Below, piece after piece: positions 10,010 through 22,100 of a DNA stretch of 64,000 nt (its first letter is position 1; the number at the start of each line of letters is the position of its first letter). This DNA is from an uncultured Methanosarcinales archaeon (GTDB lineage: Archaea > Nanobdellota > Nanobdellia > Woesearchaeales > UBA9642): assembly GCA_964591655.1 (NCBI GenBank), contig CAZQDS010000001.1, positions 7,232 through 71,231 on the forward strand, read 5' to 3'. The notes beneath the pieces are model-generated. The model saw only the letters and a program-made list of their open reading frames with translations, made no database searches and was not told the DNA's origin. The position numbers were made by a program, and so were the translations under genes.

Positions 10010-11974
10010 ATGAGATTTCTAGGACGATTGGTGGGAAAAACAGAGGTGGCTAAAGAGAACATTAAGGACGAGATAAATACACGTATAGATAATACGAAGC
10101 AGAATTGGAGTGATTTCAAGCAAAGGACTTCTGAAAGATATGATTCTGCAAAAGAAAAGACCCGTACATTCGCCAATAATGTCGCTCATCCGATAGATTA
10201 TTCTAAAAGGAGTTTTGAAGAAGGGCGAGCAGAGGCATTAAGGGAGCGAGAAAGAGAGCGCGAGCTCATAGAAGAGAGATTCGCCCGTGAATTAGAATCT
10301 GAGAAGAGAAAGATCCAATCAGCATCATCTAACAGGGAGAAGATGTTGGGCGCTGCAGCCATTGTCGCGCCTGAAGCAGGCCCTGCAATAGGGATGGCTG
10401 AAGAGAAGATGCATGAGAAAGATAATAAGAAGATTCAGAAAGAAGAAGAAAAATTGATGAAGAAGGAAGAAAGAGAATTGGATAAATCTAGCGGTAATGA
10501 TAAGAAATTCATGAACCGCATTGATGACTTGAGACAGGGCCCCAGTAGGGGCAGCGGATGGATGCAGAGGGGGCCAGGGATATTGTTCATACTTGCAGTT
10601 TTCGCATATTTCTTCGACTTGTTCACGGGATTCACTAGGCCGCCGAATTATGGCGTCATCCTACTCTATGGATTCATGATAATCATCGCAATGATTATGA
10701 CAAAAGTGTCGACCAATAAGTGGGTTAAAGACAGTGATTTTATGGGTTTTGTTGCGGCCATAGCATTCACTGTTGCATATCCATGGGTCATTGATGTGTT
10801 GAGGGAAAATATTCCTTATCAATTCTTGGTGGACCTGTTAGGACCGTTCCTGCTGTTCCCTCCAATGATAATGTATCTGATGTTCAAATACCCAGAGAAT
10901 AGTGCGATGCATAAGACGGCCGTATGGATAATAATTGCGCTGGCACTCTATGCTTTCTTAGTGTTATTGAATAGTCCTACGCTTCAAGGAACGACTGTTG
11001 CAGGGAAGATAACGATTACTAAACCATGGGATCTGATTAAAGACTTCGGAGGGAATGTCGTCGATGCCGCAACAGGGGCGGTGAATAATATGGAAAGGTC
11101 TTTCCAGATAGCGATAGCGAAAGCTACCGGACAAAAATATGAAGGTGAAGAAGAGGAACAGCGAGGCATCCTCATCGAGAACGTCAAAGCTGTCGAGAAG
11201 AATTATTACACGAGTTCAGACATCTATGTCCAGGGCAAGATAAAGGCGCAGAATCTTGTCGGGGAAGTGAATGTGAGGACAAGATGTTACGTCAAAAATA
11301 AGGGAAACGGGACTACGTATCCTGAGATGTTGACGATGGTGACAAACGACGAGAACATCATTGACTGCCATCTAGGGCAATTGCCGAAGGGGAATTATCA
11401 GGTGTTTGTCGCGGCAACATTCATTTTCATAACGGATGCAGACATACAGTATTATTTTGTTGATGAAAAGACACGGCCGGAACTCTATGACAAGATGAAC
11501 ATACCTGATAAAGCCATGGCCACATATACCGGAGGCCCTGTTGAAGTAGGGTTGCCTTCACTGAATCTGCCTTTAAGGCTGAGCGCTGATGGGAGCAATC
11601 CGCGCGTAGGCAATTATCCTTTCGGAGTATCTCTCACAAACAAATGGAGTCAGGGGAAGGTTAACAGGGGGATCAATTATACATTAGAGGTCCCTGACGG
11701 TTTTGAATTGAAGGAATGCAACAGGGTGCTGACTTATTCTGGCCAAAAGAGCAGCGAGAGTGGACGAAGATGGGTATATACTTTCGATACGGACGATCAG
11801 AACATAAAAGAGACATTTGATAGTGTGACATGCAGGATGCATGCAGTCAACCCTTCATCGATATTCAACGGAGATATAGTCGCAATGAAGACATTCAACG
11901 CCAGGGCAGTCTATGAGTATACTGTTGAAGGAAGCGTAAGCATAAATGTCCAGCAAGATTATTATGGAGGATGA
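10010..11974 (+). CDS. polytopic membrane protein with N-terminal charged coiled-coil domain
   Basis: About 190 aa K/E/R-rich N-terminus, about 4 hydrophobic helices (residues ~195-330), and a large C-terminal non-cytoplasmic domain. 8 bp from the upstream gene. Confidence 0.5.
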   Translation: MRFLGRLVGKTEVAKENIKDEINTRIDNTKQNWSDFKQRTSERYDSAKEKTRTFANNVAHPIDYSKRSFEEGRAEALRERERERELIEERFARELESEKRKIQSASSNREKMLGAAAIVAPEAGPAIGMAEEKMHEKDNKKIQKEEEKLMKKEERELDKSSGNDKKFMNRIDDLRQGPSRGSGWMQRGPGILFILAVFAYFFDLFTGFTRPPNYGVILLYGFMIIIAMIMTKVSTNKWVKDSDFMGFVAAIAFTVAYPWVIDVLRENIPYQFLVDLLGPFLLFPPMIMYLMFKYPENSAMHKTAVWIIIALALYAFLVLLNSPTLQGTTVAGKITITKPWDLIKDFGGNVVDAATGAVNNMERSFQIAIAKATGQKYEGEEEEQRGILIENVKAVEKNYYTSSDIYVQGKIKAQNLVGEVNVRTRCYVKNKGNGTTYPEMLTMVTNDENIIDCHLGQLPKGNYQVFVAATFIFITDADIQYYFVDEKTRPELYDKMNIPDKAMATYTGGPVEVGLPSLNLPLRLSADGSNPRVGNYPFGVSLTNKWSQGKVNRGINYTLEVPDGFELKECNRVLTYSGQKSSESGRRWVYTFDTDDQNIKETFDSVTCRMHAVNPSSIFNGDIVAMKTFNARAVYEYTVEGSVSINVQQDYYGG

Positions 11975-13369
11975 ATGAGCAAGACACATCTATTTATCGG
12001 ATTGATGATCATTCTTGTCATGGTCAGTGCGTGTGACGGACAGAAAACGACCACTAACTATCATCTGGGGACGCAAGGCATTGTGTTAGAGAAATTATCT
12101 AGCAACCCGGATATTGTTTATGAGGAAGAAACATTCGCATTCGGGATGATGCTGAAGAATCAGGGGGCTGCAGATGTCGAAGGAGGCGTCCTCATGGTGA
12201 ATTTCGATGATTTCTTCCTGGAATTAGACGATTATCAATCACAGAGCGGAAAGACACAGCAAGTGACCCTAGAAGGCAAAAGCATAGAGAGCCCTATGGG
12301 AGGGGCTGATTATCTTGAATGGGTATTCAAATCAAAAACCCTTGAGGTGATCAGGACAGGTGTCGAAAGCAAAGTGAATTTCAACGTGTGCTATAATTAT
12401 AATACTGATTTGACGACAGAAGTATGTCTCGATACACGAACAAGGACTTCAGACCAGAGGAGCTATGCCTGCAAAAGCAAGGACTACTCTAGCAATTCCG
12501 GGCAGGGGGCGCCCATATCCATAACAAAAATAGAGCCGGAGATGATGCTCGTAGGCAACAATGTCAGGCCATTATTCAGGATATACATAAAAAATGAAGG
12601 AGAAGGATATACTTTGAGCCCGGAAAAAAATCTCTGCACGAACCCTACAAAGAATGCCTCTGAACTTAACAAATTGAAAGTCAGTGCATGGATATCCGAC
12701 GATATGCCATTAGAATGCAACCCTGAAGAAGTGCGATTGGTGGACGGGGAGACTATCGCGAGATGTTATGTTGAAGATGGGGACTTGGAGGAATTCGGCA
12801 GGGAGACCGTCAATTATCTGACCATATTGCGTGTATTATTAGAATACGATTATGTGGATTCAGAAGTCATCAATCTCAAGATAAACAGGATCAATGAGAT
12901 AGACATAAAGAGTCCGAGTGTTTGCGGATATTACGAGATGCAACAGGGTGACCGATGCATACCGTTGTGTGATTTCTGCGTCAACAATCCTAATGACGAA
13001 GCATGCAAACGAAACATGAATGCATCGATCGGATTCGATTGGAACGATGCGTCTGATTTCAGATGCGCATGCAGCAAAGAAAAATGTTTGGCATTGAATA
13101 AGGAGGGGAAATGCATATTCGGATATTGTCCAGGAAGTAGCTATTGTTGCTCTACAGATGAATGCAGAGAAAAGGCCGATGGCGCCAAGTGCGGAGACAA
13201 TAATGTGTGCATCGCGAACATATGTATGCGAGGCGTGACTCAATGTGATTATAAGTTCGGCATGCAGAATTATACTTGCAACAGCAGGCCAGACTGCATC
13301 AACACCACAATAAAGACAGGATATTGCCCTGGCGATGAGAATAATGTTTGCTGCAAAACGACAAATTAG
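11975..13369 (+). CDS. lipoprotein, paralogue family member 1, with Cys-rich C-terminal extension
   Basis: Lipobox-like 'VMVSAC'; conserved core 'VCYNYNTDLTTEVCLD...SNSGQGAPISITKIEPE'. The C-terminal ~150 aa carry more than 25 Cys. Confidence 0.5.
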   Translation: MSKTHLFIGLMIILVMVSACDGQKTTTNYHLGTQGIVLEKLSSNPDIVYEEETFAFGMMLKNQGAADVEGGVLMVNFDDFFLELDDYQSQSGKTQQVTLEGKSIESPMGGADYLEWVFKSKTLEVIRTGVESKVNFNVCYNYNTDLTTEVCLDTRTRTSDQRSYACKSKDYSSNSGQGAPISITKIEPEMMLVGNNVRPLFRIYIKNEGEGYTLSPEKNLCTNPTKNASELNKLKVSAWISDDMPLECNPEEVRLVDGETIARCYVEDGDLEEFGRETVNYLTILRVLLEYDYVDSEVINLKINRINEIDIKSPSVCGYYEMQQGDRCIPLCDFCVNNPNDEACKRNMNASIGFDWNDASDFRCACSKEKCLALNKEGKCIFGYCPGSSYCCSTDECREKADGAKCGDNNVCIANICMRGVTQCDYKFGMQNYTCNSRPDCINTTIKTGYCPGDENNVCCKTTN

Positions 13370-13444
13370 ACGAAAAATATGCTTGAATACGCTAAACAAG
13401 ATTGATTTAAAAACAAAATCTTTATATACTAAAAACGTAAGGAA

Positions 13445-14671
13445 TTGATAAATATGTTTTTTATGAATAAGAGATGGGCTTTCGTATTGATGATTATAGC
13501 TGTATTAGTAATTTCTGGATGCGGCGTAGGTCCTAATCGGGGAACTAGTTATCAAAAAAAGTATTATCAAGGATATGATAGCCTGGACATAAAATTCTTG
13601 GATGAGAGCCCTCCGACAAGATTCTATTATGATTCTGAAGGGATAGACAATGAGATCCCTGTTGTCGTGGAAGTACGGAATAAGGGCGCATCAGATGCGT
13701 ATGGCGCAATATATATTCATGGATATGACCCTAAAATAGTGGAGGTTGCTGGTGGAGGGATACCTGGCCAGGGAAATATTAATTGGAACCCTGGGAGCGG
13801 AGTCCTTAACATCGGCGGCATATATATCGGACTTCCTGGCGGAGGAAACTATGGACAAGGTAATATCGGATTCATCTCTCCGAACGGAAATTATTATGGT
13901 GCGTCAGTATTTACTCAAAACAACAATTTTGTAGGGCTTAATTTGAATATAAATCTAAATAGCAACAGGATAGGTGCAAGGCTTGCAGATCCGGTATGGG
14001 GTGCGATGCAAGGGACATATGGATGGAATGCGCCTATCGCTTTAGAGGGAGACACTCCTGAAAGCCCTGGTGGAGGGATGGAAGTCTATGAATTCCCATC
14101 ATACATTTATTATCTTCCGGAATCGCTGGACCAGTTCAGGCAACCAATAATGGTCACCGCGTGTTATAGTTATGTCACTAGGGCGACAACGATGGTGTGT
14201 ATCGACCCTAAACCTAATAGCAATTCTAAAAAAGCATGCATCGCAAGAGATGTCAGCCATTCAGGAGGACAGGGCGCGCCGGTGGCAGTGACACGTGTAG
14301 AGCAGCAGGCAAGCTCTGGAAAAGTCGTATTTACAATAAGTGTCAAGCACAGTAAAAAGAATAGTCTTGATGAATTGTTCGACATTACACAATTATTCTA
14401 CAAGTGCAATCCGCATGCGGGAGCGATAGTCAAGCCTTCTGATAAGAATGTAGTGGACATATTATACGTAGAACTATCGGGAGAGGACATAACGATGAGC
14501 TGTTCTGGCGGCGGAAAGATAAGGCTAGATACGGCAGGTAATGGCCAATTCACATGTACTGCTTACATGAACCAGATGTCTGAGTCAGCATATGAAGCGC
14601 CCTTGCTTGTGGAGCTAGGATACGGTTATGGGAAAAATATTTATAAAGAGATAACTATTAAGAAGATATAA
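13445..14671 (+). CDS. lipoprotein, paralogue family member 2
   Basis: Lipobox 'VISGC'; core 'ACYSYVTRATTMVCID...HSGGQGAPVAVTRVEQQ'. Confidence 0.5.
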   Translation: MINMFFMNKRWAFVLMIIAVLVISGCGVGPNRGTSYQKKYYQGYDSLDIKFLDESPPTRFYYDSEGIDNEIPVVVEVRNKGASDAYGAIYIHGYDPKIVEVAGGGIPGQGNINWNPGSGVLNIGGIYIGLPGGGNYGQGNIGFISPNGNYYGASVFTQNNNFVGLNLNINLNSNRIGARLADPVWGAMQGTYGWNAPIALEGDTPESPGGGMEVYEFPSYIYYLPESLDQFRQPIMVTACYSYVTRATTMVCIDPKPNSNSKKACIARDVSHSGGQGAPVAVTRVEQQASSGKVVFTISVKHSKKNSLDELFDITQLFYKCNPHAGAIVKPSDKNVVDILYVELSGEDITMSCSGGGKIRLDTAGNGQFTCTAYMNQMSESAYEAPLLVELGYGYGKNIYKEITIKKI

Positions 14672-14684
14672 AGAAGGTGATCTT

Positions 14685-15674
14685 ATGAGATTAGCAAATG
14701 TATTGGCAATTTTGGCTGTTATGGCCGTTATGGTTTTGTCTGGATGTACAAACACAGACAATAGAGGCGGGAAAGCATTTATCGGCGGAACAGAAGGTTT
14801 AAGGACTTCATTTCTTGGCGGAAACCCTCCTGACGAGATATTCGATGGCGGACAATCGACTTTCGCAATCGTCGTGAAACTTGAGAATGTCGGTGAAGAT
14901 GACATGGCCGCTAATGAAGGATATGTGAAGATAAACGGTCTCGATCCTGGAACATATGGCATGGGCAATCCTAAAAAGATGATTGATGTGGCCATTCCTG
15001 GCGCAAAGAAGAATTTTGACGGTTCAGTCCTTAATGGAGGCATTGCGACTGTAGAATTCGGAGACTTATCATACGAGCCGGTAATACAAGGAAATCTTCA
15101 ACAGACAGTCTGGGCAGATATCTGTTACAAATATACTACGAGGACAACAACACAATTATGTATAAAGAAGGATCCACAATTATTGCTTGGAGACAAGAAG
15201 ATATGTGATGTTGAGGGCGAGAAGTATCCACAGAATGCCGGAGCACCTATCCAGATCACTTCATTGAAGGAGAGCTTTGCAGGAAACGGTAAAGTGGGCA
15301 TAAGCATGATCCTCAGCCACATGGGCACAGGAGATGCATTCTTCGATCCTAGAGTTAGTTTGAATGATAATGCATGTAATGATGTAGAGTCAAACACTAA
15401 CAGGGGAAGAGTACATGTAAAAGTTTTGCCTGTAAGGATTGGCGGCGCACAGATAACGCCAGTATGTACTGGATTGTCTGAGCCTTCAGGAACTAACGAG
15501 GGATATATCAGGTTATACAAGGACGGTTCTGGAAGAGAGCAGTTCAGCCTGTATTGTACAGTCGATGCATCATCAACAGACAGCATCTTTGAAGTCCCTA
15601 TTGAAGTAGAGACAGACTATCTATACTTGCAGCACTTAGAGAAAGAGATAACTATAAGGCACGTAATTGGCTGA
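14685..15674 (+). CDS. lipoprotein, paralogue family member 3
   Basis: Lipobox 'VLSGC'; core 'ICYKYTTRTTTQLCIK...QNAGAPIQITSLKES'. Confidence 0.5.
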   Translation: MRLANVLAILAVMAVMVLSGCTNTDNRGGKAFIGGTEGLRTSFLGGNPPDEIFDGGQSTFAIVVKLENVGEDDMAANEGYVKINGLDPGTYGMGNPKKMIDVAIPGAKKNFDGSVLNGGIATVEFGDLSYEPVIQGNLQQTVWADICYKYTTRTTTQLCIKKDPQLLLGDKKICDVEGEKYPQNAGAPIQITSLKESFAGNGKVGISMILSHMGTGDAFFDPRVSLNDNACNDVESNTNRGRVHVKVLPVRIGGAQITPVCTGLSEPSGTNEGYIRLYKDGSGREQFSLYCTVDASSTDSIFEVPIEVETDYLYLQHLEKEITIRHVIG

Positions 15675-15711
15675 GTATAGGATAATTTTTTATTATTTTT
15701 CTTTATTTTAG

Positions 15712-16335
15712 GTGAACAAAATGTGGCTACACAAACATGGTTGGAAGTATTATCATTCTGGTTTTGAAGAAGCATATTCTTTGTTGCAGAAATTCAGTCA
15801 GAATTTCGATAATCCTCAAGGCAGTCAAGACACAGATATTATAAAAAGCGTTGTTGCTCGAATGAAAAAACTGAATAAAGAGCTTCTAGAACATACCACG
15901 AACATAGCGCAAGAAATTCGGAAAGAGGATAATTTACTGAAGAAGATTGAGAATAATATATATGAGGTCCATCTCGTCAATAAGATTAAGAACAAGCAAC
16001 CTCTGCAAAGCTACGAGAACGAGCTCTCAAACGAATTCAAAATTATAGAAACGCTTTATTTACAATTGGAGAAAGACTGCGCAAATTCTTTAGCAATCTG
16101 TGATAAGACCAAGATTAATAAGGAATGGAATAGGGAATTGCAGGGTGAGGCCGCCACAATAATTAGCAGGCTCAAAAGCATAGAGAGCGCATCATTGAAA
16201 CTGGCAGAATACTTGAAAAAAGTGCTCCCGCAGCTTGATGAATATAAGGAATGGATCAAGAAACAGGAAGAAGGGACTGAATGGATGGAAAACTGTGTCA
16301 GGAGCTGGGTAAGAACTGCTGAAGACACAAAATAA
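15712..16335 (+). CDS. coiled-coil hypothetical protein
   Basis: 207 aa, heptad-rich, no TM segment; last gene of the same-strand block. Confidence 0.4.
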   Translation: MNKMWLHKHGWKYYHSGFEEAYSLLQKFSQNFDNPQGSQDTDIIKSVVARMKKLNKELLEHTTNIAQEIRKEDNLLKKIENNIYEVHLVNKIKNKQPLQSYENELSNEFKIIETLYLQLEKDCANSLAICDKTKINKEWNRELQGEAATIISRLKSIESASLKLAEYLKKVLPQLDEYKEWIKKQEEGTEWMENCVRSWVRTAEDTK

Positions 16336-16351
16336 TATTTCTTTTTAAGGA

Positions 16352-17308
16352 TTATCTAGAAACTGTCAATATGAATCTTGCTATAAGGCTCTCTAATTGC
16401 AGGAATTCATCGCTTCCTTCTACCATCCTGAATTCTATCTCTGCACAGTCTTTCATCATCTCTAGACGTTTTTCTGGGGTGATGTTCAGTTTCCATACTT
16501 CCTTATGCAATTGCTTTATTATGTCGATGCCTGATAATCCGTAATTGAGCATTGTGTCTAATAGTTTTGATTTGGCCTTTTCGAAGTCTTTCTTTATCAC
16601 ATGGTCGAGTATCTGGCTTATCTCTTTCGGCCTGGCGAATCCTGCAACCTCAAACACGACGGCCTCAGTTATCTTATTGCTCAATACTGCGCATGCCTGC
16701 ATTATGTTCTCGAGCTTTCTCACATCGCCTTCTGAAACTTCAACAAGTGCGTCTTTTCCGCCTGCATCTATCGATAATTTCTCTCTTGTGGCGATTGTCT
16801 CTATTATCTCGAATATCTCCTCTTTTGATAATGGCTTGAACCTGAATACTGCGCATCTTGATTGTATCGGCTCTATGATTTTTGATGAGTAATTGCAGCT
16901 GAGTATGAATCTGCATGTCTGTGAATAGTTCTCCATTGTCCTCCTTAATGCCTGCTGTGCCTCTCTCGTCAATGCATCGCATTCATCTAGGTATATTATC
17001 TTGAACGGCACATCTCCAATGGATTTTGTCCTTGCGAATTCTTTTACTTTGACTCTTATTACATCTATTCCCCTTTCATCTGATGCGTTCAATTCTAAGA
17101 AGTTTTCATGCCAAGAATCTCCATATAATTGCTTAACCACAACTAATGCGAGCGTGGTCTTCCCTACGCCTGCAGGCCCTGCAAAGAGTACATGAGGCAT
17201 ATTCTTCTGGTCGACAAACCCCTTTATCCTCTTGACAATCTCTTTCTGCCCTTTCACTTCCTTAAACGTATCTGGCCTGTACTTTTCTGTCCATAATGAA
17301 TATTCCAT
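16352..17308 (-). CDS. rfcS: replication factor C small subunit
   Basis: 'WTEKYRPDTFKEVKGQKEIV...LFAGPAGVGKTT' (RFC box II/III, Walker A), 'YLDECDAL' (DEAD-like), SRC motif region; 318 aa with no intein. Confidence 0.9.
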   Translation of the reverse strand: MEYSLWTEKYRPDTFKEVKGQKEIVKRIKGFVDQKNMPHVLFAGPAGVGKTTLALVVVKQLYGDSWHENFLELNASDERGIDVIRVKVKEFARTKSIGDVPFKIIYLDECDALTREAQQALRRTMENYSQTCRFILSCNYSSKIIEPIQSRCAVFRFKPLSKEEIFEIIETIATREKLSIDAGGKDALVEVSEGDVRKLENIMQACAVLSNKITEAVVFEVAGFARPKEISQILDHVIKKDFEKAKSKLLDTMLNYGLSGIDIIKQLHKEVWKLNITPEKRLEMMKDCAEIEFRMVEGSDEFLQLESLIARFILTVSR

Positions 17309-17342
17309 ACTATAAGAATCTGTGAAGAATTTAAAAAGTTAT

Positions 17343-19141
17343 TTACCTATCTCTCAGCATCGCTGTCAAGTAAGGCCATAATTCTGCTTCCGGATCAGAA
17401 TATTTTATCAATAGCACTTGGCTTCCTGAAGTGTTTGTGTACTCATAATATGCTCCGCCTATCGTCTTATTGACATATTCTATGTTGAAAGAGTTGTTCT
17501 GAGGAATATTCTGTCCTGTCATATTTAGATACATCAATGTCATCAATTCCTGAACTTGCTCATCATACTTCCTTTCTTCAACGCCATAAACTTTCAGGGT
17601 GTTATTGTTCAGCACATATAGTCTTTCATAATTTTTAGTCTGCGCAGCCAATCCTAAAGGCTCTGAAGGAGTATACCCGAATAGGTTTTGGAAGAATCCT
17701 ACTATTGCATTCCATATGTTGCTGAAGAATCCTCCTTCAATATTTAATTCTGAATCGCTCACCAGATAATAAAATGAGTCTAAATTGACATAAAGATATA
17801 GGGCGCCGTTGGTGGCACCATAATGCCCGCACTTCACAAATGTTGCTTCGGCATCATATCCGTCGCAGACACGATAACTTTCTCTCACAAACGAAGGGAC
17901 TATCAATTCTATGTCTAAAACATTTCCTGTCAAATCCGCGATATGTTTTTGGTACAATCTCCACATTATATCATCTGATCCATCTACATCTGTCGTCGGA
18001 TCTTCTGCATAGAATCCTGTGATTATCCTTTCTTCATCGCCCTCTTTTGATATCAGCACGCAACCGCCAGGGATGACTCCTGAATCTACGCCTATAAGGT
18101 TGTTGAATATTGCCCCAGTATCATCACAGAATATTATGTATGGTTTGTCTGCAGAGATGTTCTCTAAAACATTGGCTATTAGGAACGTCTTCGTCGTCCA
18201 TTCGCCGTTCATGCAATAATGGTTACCTTGATTCATCACGAAATTATTGTTTATGAACTGTCCATTCTTTATGCACGAGCTTCTCGAATTATTTAAAGAG
18301 TCGATGAATGCTTGTCTGTTTTCTGGAGTCGTTCCGAATGTGTTACTGACGAAACAATCACTGTCTCTTATGCAATATCCTGATTCTTCGAAGTTCCAAT
18401 CATACTTGACTTGTGCCTCTTCCCAATTGGCATAATTAGAATCATTCAATATGCACCTGTATCCTCTTGAAAGCCAATGCATCGTCGTATTTACATGAGT
18501 CCTATAATAAGAATTGATATCTATTATGCTCCATAGATTAGAATTATTAGAGATATACCATGGATCAGATGTCACACATTGGCTTCCATCCCAACAATAC
18601 TCTGCAGGACAACAAGCAGTAGTAAGGTTTATCGGAGGCTGCAACTGTTGTTGCGCATCAATCGGAGAGACTTCCTTGAACGATATATCATCGAATTTCG
18701 CTTCAGTACATCCGGCATCAACATGTATCCTCACACTTACGTTTTTGAAATATCCTTGTGATGCGTCTGGATCGCTGGCTGGAAGAAGAACGGTTTTTGA
18801 ACCGCTGGTAGTTAATCTGAATGGCACATCATTAAAACAACCAGTCTGTACCCAATTTGTTCTGCTTAAACAACGACCATCATTCAAATCAACCCTTACG
18901 ACACATCCTGCGGCGACAGTTATGTTCGCCCTCAAAGTATATTCTTTCCCTAACCTAATATCGAATGGATCTGAATAGATATCGATAGCTGTGCCCGAGG
19001 TCGTTGTGCCTACTAAAACCAATTCTTCATTCACAGACCATCCTGTGCTTGTTGTACGCCAGCCACTCATGTCTGCATAAGCGCTCGGCAATAAAACTAA
19101 TGAAATTAATGCAATAATCCATAATGTTGTATTCTTCATTT
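17343..19141 (-). CDS. large secreted Cys-rich protein
   Basis: Probable start at 'MKNTTLWIIALISLVLLPSAYA' (signal peptide), abutting the stop of the upstream giant gene. Many Cys ('TACCPAEYCWDGSQC'). Confidence 0.5.
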
Positions 19142-22100
19142 TAATTTCCGGTATTGTTTCCTTGTTGTGCACATACTGTTGGAGGACAATCGCCACCAAA
19201 CTTTCCATTCTTCAACAACTCAGTAGCAGGAGGAATAGATTTCAGGTGTAGTTCTGAAGGGGTCGCGGGATAATACGAGTTATCAACTATATCGTATGAT
19301 TGCCCTATTCCCGGAGTATATTGTCTCCATATTCCATTGAAGCAATAATAATCATCTCTGACTTCACATTGGTCATTTACATAAGTATTCACCAATTGTG
19401 GATAGCTTGTCTGATATGTTCCATCATAACTTACTCTTATAGAATAATATTTTCCTGATGGAACTTGACATCCAATAAAAGTGTTGTTGAAATATAATAA
19501 ATCAGAATAATTATAAGATTTTAATTCATCTAACATACTAAAAAATTTAGTGTTATCTTCATAATATCCGTGTGATTTCCAAACAGATTCTCCTTCAGGA
19601 ACACCTATTCCTGCAAAGCATCCGGCAGATTTATCCCATGTCGGAACAGAACTATCATTAAAGTATTCAGGATATTTAGTAGGGTCAGTAATATCCGTGT
19701 CATCTCCACAACAATGATGTCCTGTCCATATATATGGCCATTGTGCTTCACATGTTACGGCGTATCGCCCGTATCCTTCAAGCCATGCGTCATCACCGAT
19801 AAAGAATGTGTCTGTCGGATTGGTTATTTCTGAATCTAATTGAGGAATCCATGCAGCGAACCCTCCTGTACAATAATGGTTATCTGACCCGGCAGTGGCT
19901 TGTGTAGGGTCTATTGTTAAGTATATATTATCATATTTGAATTCTGCAATACTAGGGAATACGCTTCCATTTAAATCTACTTTTATTGTTTGTAGTATTT
20001 GCTGTTTATTTTCAGGTTTTATCCTTATCTTAATATGATGTGGAATCAATTCCTGATCTCCGTTTGTAGAATAAGTAGTTAATAAATCGTAAGGAACATC
20101 ATTTATATAAACTTTCCCTACCCTATTTTTACGATTGTATACTACGTCCATTTCTATATAATCAAAATAACTTAGGAAAAAATTCTTGTCATCAATATTT
20201 GTGAGAGAGTATCGCACAGATGTTTCAGTCGTAAACCTTTTTGCTAAATCATCTATTTTTGATATGCCTGATTTAAAACGATCATAGGATTTTATAATAT
20301 TATAATTGAGCCCTAATGAAAATATCCTGTTTTGTGTTATATCAACATATGGTGTTCCGCCAAACTGCTTAAAATTATTACAATCACCTACACAGCACTG
20401 TCCAAAATAATTATTTGACTCTGATGCAAAACAAGAGAAGGTGGCATTATTCTCGTTTTCAAAAAAAGAGAATGGGAAAAAAAGTTTGTCCATAAATACG
20501 CCGAAACAACAATATGTGTCATCATCAATCATCACATCTTGATCTGGCGGAGCACATATTAGGTTTTCTGTTTTTTCATAAGGCGTGCCTCCTGCCAGAG
20601 TACATTCATCCTCATTTGTTATTAGGGTTCCGAGCAGACATTCTTTATCTTCAGGATCTCCAAAACAGCATCTTTCTCCTTGAGGATACACTATTGCTCC
20701 GTTAACGCAAACATTACCTAAAGCGCAAGGAAGCCCTCTCCCAAAATCTTGCGCTGCACAAGATTTTCCTTCATCATAGGTAGATAAATCTGAACATAAT
20801 CTTTCATTTTGTTTACATATTTCCTTCAAAATCTCTTCTTCGCCAAATCCTCCCGCACCCAAACAAAAAGGATTGGTTGGGTATAACAAACAAAAATAAT
20901 TTTCTGTACTCGCATCAGAGAAACAGTAACATCCTTTTGCCGATTCTGGGTCTGCAAAAATATTTTTTGGTTCTCCATTCTCACAACAAGGATATTGTAT
21001 TGGCACATTATTACAATCATAGTGCGGATTTCCTGTTAATATTGTAGCTATATCACTACACTCCATGTTGTTTAAATTTCTATTAGGCGGTGCAGGGAAA
21101 GAATCATATTCTAACACGGGCAATCCTTTCAATCCAGTCGTTCCATCCGCATTACAATAATACCACTTGTCCGAATTTGATATATAATCGACTGTTTTTC
21201 CAGAAAAATTCAATGGAGTTATCAAGAAAGGTTTTTCTGGAGCAGATATCCACATCCATTTATCTTCTGTGCCACCATAAAAGTTTGTTTTATTGTTATA
21301 ACATAAATATTTATTATCAGGAGTTACATACCCATAGTCTCCGCCATTCAATGGAAAACTTATTCTAATATAATCTACCCATGATTCTTGCCCAGTATTA
21401 TGTGTGGTCACTCTCAAAATCCTTAATCGCACATCGTTGACTGTTATTGAACAAGATCTTTCAACACCCGGCGTTACTGGATGTAATATGACGCCATGCA
21501 TTCTGCCCGGATCGCCCACTACTCTAAGAGGGTCGCATCCCTCAACAGTGATGTCAGCGTTATTAATGAAAAATCCTGTTCCAGTATCATCCATAAAATA
21601 AACACGTAAGGTCGCGCCTGATTTTGAAGGGTCGTCATTTATCGTGAAAGTCGTCTTTTGATTATTATAAGAATAAGAAATATCTTTCATGGCACCACTA
21701 TTCGCGGTGATTAATTTCAAAAAGCCATCTTCAATAGTTGGAGAAGGATAGCCCGGTTGTGGTTGCCAACCATTACTATTATCATTGAAAGGTTCGAAAA
21801 ACAATTCGTCTTCGCTAAAGTCATCTCCGCAACAACCATCGGCACCATCATTTGCAGAAGGATTATACCAGGGCTCCATCTCTATAAGCGGTTTTATTGA
21901 GCAATTGACTCCTCCACTCGTACAATCTTCATCATCTGTGTCTGTTTTTCCATCAAAATCATTATCATATTCATCGTTACATCTTGTTTCCTTATCATAT
22001 TCGCAAACACCTATCTTGCCATTGAAATCAAGTGGTCCTGTACGGGTTTTACAATCTTCATCAAAGCAATCGACATTTGGTTCTCCGAAATTAGGATAAC

